From a virus (lineage: Duplodnaviria > Heunggongvirae > Uroviricota > Caudoviricetes), in IMG/VR virus record IMGVR_UViG_2740892019_000005, positions 1 through 10,614 of that record: DNA of 10,614 bases; one strand, 5' to 3'. The position numbers and the translations under genes are program-made. Of this stretch, positions 6,514-10,614 are shown piece by piece. The stretch's first letter is position 1; every line of letters starts with the position of its first letter. A model generated the notes under the pieces. It had not been told where the DNA came from. It saw only the letters and a list, made by a program, of their open reading frames with translations, and made no database searches.

Positions 6514-6735
6514 TCAATCTTGAAACTGGAAATCAACATCAGCCATAAAGCGGTTCAACTCAGCCAGTTTTGACCCCATAGTCCCAACTAAGCGACCAGC
6601 CAGTCGGTCTGCTAGGTTGGTACTGTTGAAACCATATTCCTTTTCGAAACGTTCAACCTTCTGCCACAACTCATACAGTTCGTTAGCTATCTCCGCAACG
6701 TCGTCGCGCATTTTTTCGTTACCTTGATAATTCAT
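6514..6735 (-). CDS. Small acidic hypothetical protein (73 aa from the RBS-supported start; the ORF-track start at 6753 adds 6 aa)
   Basis: GGAGGA lies 4-5 nt upstream of the ATG at 6733-6735. No family recognised. Confidence 0.5.
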   Translation of the reverse strand: MNYQGNEKMRDDVAEIANELYELWQKVERFEKEYGFNSTNLADRLAGRLVGTMGSKLAELNRFMADVDFQFQD

Positions 6736-6825
6736 AATATCCTCCAAATTCATATAGTTAGTAGGTTATTGCCCCTCAATGACACGAACTGTAACTCTGC
6801 CAAACGAACACATCCAGTGTTATTT

Positions 6826-6841
6826 TTCACTTTTTAGTGAA
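6826..6841. promoter_or_regulatory. Inverted repeat TTCACT-TTTT-AGTGAA in the toxin-antitoxin promoter region; candidate antitoxin operator
   Basis: Perfect 6-bp arms about 60 bp upstream of the toxin start, followed by GGAGG RBS. Confidence 0.4.
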
Positions 6842-6900
6842 ATTTTTAATTTGCGCTGTTTTCTCGTTTTGGTGTATTTTATGGGTATGGAGGCTATAAT

Positions 6901-7212
6901 ATGTTTAACGTGATAACCCACCCTGCAGCACTGGATGAACTGCTTGAACTACCAGATGATTTGCGAGGTCGCATGACCAGATTAATTGAGCGACTGGAGA
7001 AAGAAGGCAACAAACTGAAGATGCCTCATAGCCGTGTAATAGGTGGAGGGCTTTTTGAACTACGAGTAGGGGATAAAAACATCGCAAGAACGCTGTACGC
7101 CTACGCGACTGGTAACGAAATTTATCTATTGCATGCATTTGTAAAAAAGACACAGAAAACACCGGTGAAGGCTATCGAAATCGCCAGAACTCGCCTGAAG
7201 GAGATGAACTGA
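6901..7212 (+). CDS. Type II toxin, RelE/ParE superfamily, HigB-like (phage Gp49-like)
   Basis: 103 aa; ...GGGLFELRVGDKNIARTLYAYATGNEIYLLHAFVKKTQKTPVKAIEIARTRLKEM matches the conserved C-terminal signature of Gp49/HigB-like toxins as I recall it. GGAGG RBS. Stop overlaps the antitoxin start (ATGA). Confidence 0.8.
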   Translation: MFNVITHPAALDELLELPDDLRGRMTRLIERLEKEGNKLKMPHSRVIGGGLFELRVGDKNIARTLYAYATGNEIYLLHAFVKKTQKTPVKAIEIARTRLKEMN

Positions 7213-7499
7213 TGAAAGCGAAAGGCATCCCGTTTAACGAAGTAAAAGAAAAACTCCTCAACACTCCAGAAGCCGTCAAAGGATATGAAGAGGCCGACAA
7301 AGAGCTGGAGATGGTAGAAATGTTATACGAAATGAGGGAAAGAGCAGGTTTAACGAAATCAGCTCTGGCTGAACGAATGGGGTTGCGCCCGTCAGCCATC
7401 AGCCGCCTGGAAAGCAATCCTTTAGGGGCAAGTATGAAAACTTTGGCTAAATATGCTCATGCCTGCGGCGCAACCATCGATATTCGCGCTGTTTATTAA
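7212..7499 (+). CDS. Type II antitoxin, XRE-family HTH (HigA-like)
   Basis: 95 aa with HTH ...LTKSALAERMGLRPSAISRLESN...; translationally coupled downstream of the toxin (toxin-first order typical of HigBA). Confidence 0.8.
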   Translation: MKAKGIPFNEVKEKLLNTPEAVKGYEEADKELEMVEMLYEMRERAGLTKSALAERMGLRPSAISRLESNPLGASMKTLAKYAHACGATIDIRAVY

Positions 7500-7513
7500 T
7501 TAGACCCTTTTAC

Positions 7514-7537
7514 CACCCCGTCCAGAAGGGCGGGGTG
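7514..7537. terminator. Strong hairpin between convergent genes (10-bp stem CACCCCGTCC/GGGCGGGGTG, loop AGAA); possible bidirectional terminator
   Basis: Seen in sequence; sits in the gap between the antitoxin stop and the stop of the 67-aa gene. No clear U-tract on either strand. Confidence 0.35.
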
Positions 7538-7541
7538 TGCA

Positions 7542-7745
7542 TCAATGATGTGAACGCTCAACAGCGATAGTTTTCTGACAATGCTGGGCAATCTCTCGCG
7601 ACATGTTGATGAGTCGTGAAACCTCACCAATATGTAGGCTGGCTTCTGGAGAAGCCAGGGTGACGCTAACCAGATCCAGAACGGCGTCAATATCTCTTAA
7701 ATTTGAATCGAGTTGTTCAAGAGTTGATACGGCTGCTTCAGACAT
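7542..7745 (-). CDS. Hypothetical protein (67 aa), probably SOS-regulated
   Basis: ORF immediately downstream (minus strand) of a LexA-box-like sequence. No TM segment and no recognised family. Weak RBS. Confidence 0.5.
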   Translation of the reverse strand: MSEAAVSTLEQLDSNLRDIDAVLDLVSVTLASPEASLHIGEVSRLINMSREIAQHCQKTIAVERSHH

Positions 7746-7783
7746 TAAATCTCATACCATTTAACTAAAAAAGGTTATTTATA

Positions 7784-7799
7784 CTGTATAAAATTACAG
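7784..7799. promoter_or_regulatory. LexA box (SOS box) taCTGTataaaattACAGgg
   Basis: CTGT-N8-ACAG with AT-rich spacer matches the E. coli LexA consensus TACTGTATATATATACAGTA. Lies about 45 bp upstream of the 67-aa gene start in its promoter region. Confidence 0.65.
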
Positions 7800-7827
7800 G
7801 GTAAAACTCAAACTTTACGGTCAATTT

Positions 7828-8070
7828 TCAATGAATTAACTGCGTAAACTGCTGTGTGGCCCGATACTTATGCTCTCTCCCTATGCCACGATCAGCTTTC
7901 TCAAGAAGTCCAGTACGGACAGCAGAATCAAGCATCCTTTTAACAATTCTGCTATTTAACCCAACATCAAAAGCAAGCATCGAAGCGAAAACAAACCCAT
8001 CACCACCATCAGAAAAGCTCTTTTCGCTCCGTTTTCGTATCATTTCAAAAAGCAATGCCTTTTTATCCAT
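7828..8070 (-). CDS. Hypothetical protein (80 aa), possible winged-helix
   Basis: GGAGGG RBS 5 nt upstream of the ATG; last gene of a six-gene minus-strand operon. Confidence 0.6.
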   Translation of the reverse strand: MDKKALLFEMIRKRSEKSFSDGGDGFVFASMLAFDVGLNSRIVKRMLDSAVRTGLLEKADRGIGREHKYRATQQFTQLIH

Positions 8071-8088
8071 TTATCCCTCCGTGACCAG

Positions 8089-8415
8089 TCACGCTTTGAG
8101 CGCAAGTTTCAACCTCGTGGTTGTAAGGTGGCATGAGCCTTCGCCATCAAAAATGCATTCTGAAACAGGCATTTTTTGACCACATCGCGGGCAAGTAGTA
8201 GATAGCTGCTTCTGCAGCTCCTTATAGTTTTTCCTGATCAGCAAACCAATGACTTCGTTCTCCGAATATGGAACTCGCCCTGGTCTACGCAATACACAAA
8301 TTTCCCCCAACATACGTAACTCGTCAGGTTCTAGAATCCAGTCCCGTCTTGATGTGCCTTCCTTCTTCAACCGTTCCCTGCGTCTCCTTTGCCGTTCTGC
8401 CGGTGTCAGCGCCAT
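8089..8415 (-). CDS. Hypothetical protein (108 aa) with Arg/Lys-rich N-terminus and Cys-rich C-terminus (CPRCG...C...C, possible zinc ribbon)
   Basis: AGGAGG RBS upstream of the ATG at 8413-8415. Confidence 0.6.
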   Translation of the reverse strand: MALTPAERQRRRRERLKKEGTSRRDWILEPDELRMLGEICVLRRPGRVPYSENEVIGLLIRKNYKELQKQLSTTCPRCGQKMPVSECIFDGEGSCHLTTTRLKLALKA

Positions 8416-8430
8416 AAATCCTCCTGAAAA

Positions 8431-8844
8431 TTACTTAACCCAATTAACTACACCGCCAGCGGCCACAACCGCCCTTTCACAGTCACGCTCATATCTCAAA
8501 GGTTGAAATACACCATCAATAAAATATTTATCTCCACCAAACGCTGCAGGAAGTGAAACAGAAAACTGAATACGATTATCATCCGGCACCACCGGCAGTG
8601 GCTGGGCTACATATAATGACTGAACATACCAGCCCTTTGATAACCAACTGTCAGCAATGTTTTTACTCCGGGTTATTGCCGGAATACCTAAGCCATTGTC
8701 TGAATGCAGCCATGCCACCGGTTCTGCTTCCAGCGAGGCTAACGCTATTTCATAAGCCCGGCGCTCAATATTGTCTCTCACGTCCAGGCTGCCTATGCGC
8801 TCTTTGATTTCTTTAATCAGTTCTTTGTCGGTAAAAGTGCTCAT
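8431..8844 (-). CDS. Hypothetical phage protein (138 aa), paralog of the next gene
   Basis: RBS AAGGAGA upstream of the ATG at 8842-8844 (the ORF track extends 7 codons further without an RBS). Shares the motif ASLEAEPVAW with the 150-aa neighbour. Confidence 0.65.
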   Translation of the reverse strand: MSTFTDKELIKEIKERIGSLDVRDNIERRAYEIALASLEAEPVAWLHSDNGLGIPAITRSKNIADSWLSKGWYVQSLYVAQPLPVVPDDNRIQFSVSLPAAFGGDKYFIDGVFQPLRYERDCERAVVAAGGVVNWVK

Positions 8845-8845
8845 A

Positions 8846-9295
8846 TCAATCTCCTTTGGTACCAATGTTTACAGCCTGGCAAGCCTCTTTGAGCACCCAG
8901 TCAACAGCGTCTTTCCATGCTCCGGTTTCGACTGGCGGATTTTCACGCTTAACCTGTTCATAGAAGCGCACTGCTTTAATCAATCCTTCTGGTGTCAGTG
9001 GCACAGGCGGGGCAGTGAATAACGCCTGAATTTCATAGTTCGGTCTGTCGTTGCAACCCTCTTTTGTCGGTACATATTTCCAGTCACCAACCCACGGCTC
9101 CCCCTGTGAGTCCGTAATGCCTTTTTTCACGTAGCGATATCGCCACGCCATCGGTTCTGCTTCCAGCGATGCCTGTGCGATACGAAACACATTGGCAAGC
9201 AGGCTGTCTGAGGATTGGTTATCGTGCGCCGGGTCGCTCAGGAAGCCATTGATGAATGATTTAATCTTCGAGTTTTCTCTGGTAATAGTGGTCAT
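8846..9295 (-). CDS. Hypothetical phage protein (150 aa), paralog of the previous gene
   Basis: RBS AAGGAGAG upstream of the ATG at 9293-9295. The ORF-track N-terminal extension to 9553 overlaps the upstream gene and is rejected. Motif ASLEAEPMAW. Confidence 0.65.
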   Translation of the reverse strand: MTTITRENSKIKSFINGFLSDPAHDNQSSDSLLANVFRIAQASLEAEPMAWRYRYVKKGITDSQGEPWVGDWKYVPTKEGCNDRPNYEIQALFTAPPVPLTPEGLIKAVRFYEQVKRENPPVETGAWKDAVDWVLKEACQAVNIGTKGD

Positions 9296-9296
9296 A

Positions 9297-10049
9297 TCAC
9301 TCTCCTTTGCGAATCTCTGCGGCAAAGTCAGTCGCATGCTCACCGAGTAGTTTCCAGTTATCGCGTATATCAGATGCAAGCGACTGTTCGGATTTTGAGT
9401 TACATTTCTGTGCAAACATTTCCACCCCCTGCGCCCGCACTTCAGACAGGAAAGAGTCGGTGGCTGGGGTTTCGACATTAGGTCGAAGCTCATAATCACA
9501 AACTCTTTCAATCCATGGTGATACTCTGTCGCATTTCCTCTTCTTGCGTTCACCGACCTTGGTTGCCTGCTGAATAATTACCCCCCAGCAAATGCTTTCG
9601 ACCTCTTCGCTCCATCCATCGCAAGCATCGCCTCTATAGTCGTCAATTGCAGCCTCAGCAGCAGCGATAGCCTCCTCAGCAGTTTTGTGACACTCGAAAC
9701 TAAATTCAGAGCCATATGAGAAATACATAGCCCCGGCCTTCAGCGCCGCATTCTCCGCCGCCAGAGCCGCGCAACTGGCCTCCAGCTCTGCAATGCGTTT
9801 GCTTTGAGCCTCTCGTTCATCCAGCAGTGCCTGCACTACTTCAGGGTTGAAAGCTGCGATATAATGAGCGTTGTTCTCTGCGTTTTTCTGTCCGTCAAAG
9901 CCGGTCCATTTGATAACGTCTTCACATCGTTTATCACCGGGCGTATGCACTGCATACGTACCAGTACCCGGCGAAATAAATGCGACCCATTCACCCTGTG
10001 TTGCCTGTTTTGCTATCTCACGCAGTACCTGATAATTGATTTCACTCAC
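9297..10049 (-). CDS. Hypothetical phage protein (250 aa) with central Ala-rich coiled-coil; possibly Ea22-like
   Basis: GTG start at 10047-10049 is preceded by AGGAGG and overlaps the upstream gene stop (GTGA). Contains ELEASCAALAAENAALKAG. The Ea22-like call is a recollection, not verified. Confidence 0.55.
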   Translation of the reverse strand: MSEINYQVLREIAKQATQGEWVAFISPGTGTYAVHTPGDKRCEDVIKWTGFDGQKNAENNAHYIAAFNPEVVQALLDEREAQSKRIAELEASCAALAAENAALKAGAMYFSYGSEFSFECHKTAEEAIAAAEAAIDDYRGDACDGWSEEVESICWGVIIQQATKVGERKKRKCDRVSPWIERVCDYELRPNVETPATDSFLSEVRAQGVEMFAQKCNSKSEQSLASDIRDNWKLLGEHATDFAAEIRKGE

Positions 10050-10468
10050 AGTACTACCTCCTGAAGATTTCCCTGATAAAACGCCAGCACACGCTGCATA
10101 ACTTCGCTCTTCTGGCAATCGTGACAAATCATGTTCAAGCGCCTGTCGTAACGACGTATTTCTCCGTCAGGTAATGACCAGATAAGGTCTGGATCAACCA
10201 CTACCGATTTCTTCGGCTTTACTCTTGATAGCTTTTTACGGGCGTTTTGCCAGTCCTTGCGTGCTTGTGCAGACAGAAATATCCCGGAGCCAGAGATATA
10301 CAAATCACCACTGGCAGCAAGCTCTCTTGATAAACGACTAACAGCACACCGGCTAATACCAGTTTCATCCGCAAGTTGCCTAACCGTTCCTCGTCCATTC
10401 AGGCGTACGAGTTCCACAATTTGTTTATTCAGTTCTTCCCTCTGTTCTGGTGTAAAAGCCTTTGCCAT
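10046..10468 (-). CDS. Hypothetical HTH DNA-binding protein (140 aa), first gene of the operon
   Basis: AAGGAGAA RBS. HTH-like segment TVRQLADETGISRCAVSRLSREL. Confidence 0.6.
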   Translation of the reverse strand: MAKAFTPEQREELNKQIVELVRLNGRGTVRQLADETGISRCAVSRLSRELAASGDLYISGSGIFLSAQARKDWQNARKKLSRVKPKKSVVVDPDLIWSLPDGEIRRYDRRLNMICHDCQKSEVMQRVLAFYQGNLQEVVL

Positions 10469-10547
10469 TACGATTCTCCTTGCCCTTTTACAAGACGGGA
10501 GAAAATTGCGGATACATATTTAGCCTGATGAATAGCATCAGCCAGGG

Positions 10548-10614
10548 GGTAATGACTCCAACTTACTGATAGTGTTTTATGTTCAGATAATGCCCGATGA
10601 CTTTGTCATGCAGC
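10548..10614. mobile_element. IS1 terminal inverted repeat and first 67 bp (element continues beyond window end)
   Basis: GGTAATGACTCCAACTTACTGATAGTGTTTTATGTTCAGATAATGCCCGATGACTTTGTCATGCAGC matches the IS1 end (insB-proximal IR) as I recall it, with one or two differences. Confidence 0.8.

Noticed and set aside
7496-7690. Minus ORF 7496-7690 (64 aa)
   Set aside because: Overlaps the 67-aa ORF in another frame and has no RBS; the LexA-box promoter is positioned for the 7745 start.
4159-9495. Other plus-strand ORFs inside minus-strand genes (4159-4548, 5097-5306, 5695-5985, 7856-8179, 8249-8506, 8553-8807, 8771-9022, 9307-9495)
   Set aside because: Antisense to well-supported genes, no RBS, and low-complexity translations.
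8846-9553. Full-length ORF 8846-9553 (235 aa)
   Set aside because: Its first 86 codons overlap the 3' end of the upstream gene in another frame; a strong RBS and ATG at 9295 define the real 150-aa gene.
1-10614. CRISPR arrays, tRNA or rRNA genes
   Set aside because: No regularly spaced short repeats with unique spacers and no tRNA-like cloverleaf sequences were noticed; the only repeats are the dispersed palindrome and the 68-bp pair.

Overview
The window reads as a rearranged, probably degraded lambdoid prophage segment with the late operon on the minus strand. From high to low coordinates: an operon of six small translationally coupled genes (10468 to 7828), a LexA-box-controlled 67-aa gene, a plus-strand HigB/HigA-like toxin-antitoxin pair, two small proteins, a pR'/tR'-like late promoter and terminator, a DNA methyltransferase, pinholin S, SAR endolysin R, Rz/Rz1, a DUF4406-like pseudogene, an AT-rich two-gene cargo, a lambda-like cos site, Nu1 and the 5' part of terminase A. 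An IS1 end sits at the right edge. No tRNA, rRNA or CRISPR array was seen. The best candidate for an undescribed system is the two-gene cargo at 1555-2971 (280-aa soluble protein plus 149-aa membrane protein) between the lysis cassette and cos. It is bracketed by two 68-bp direct repeats and sits among four copies of a perfect 18-bp palindrome, one of which lies about 63 bp upstream of the inferred late-promoter start. All homology statements are from reading the translations and recalled family features; no database search was run.
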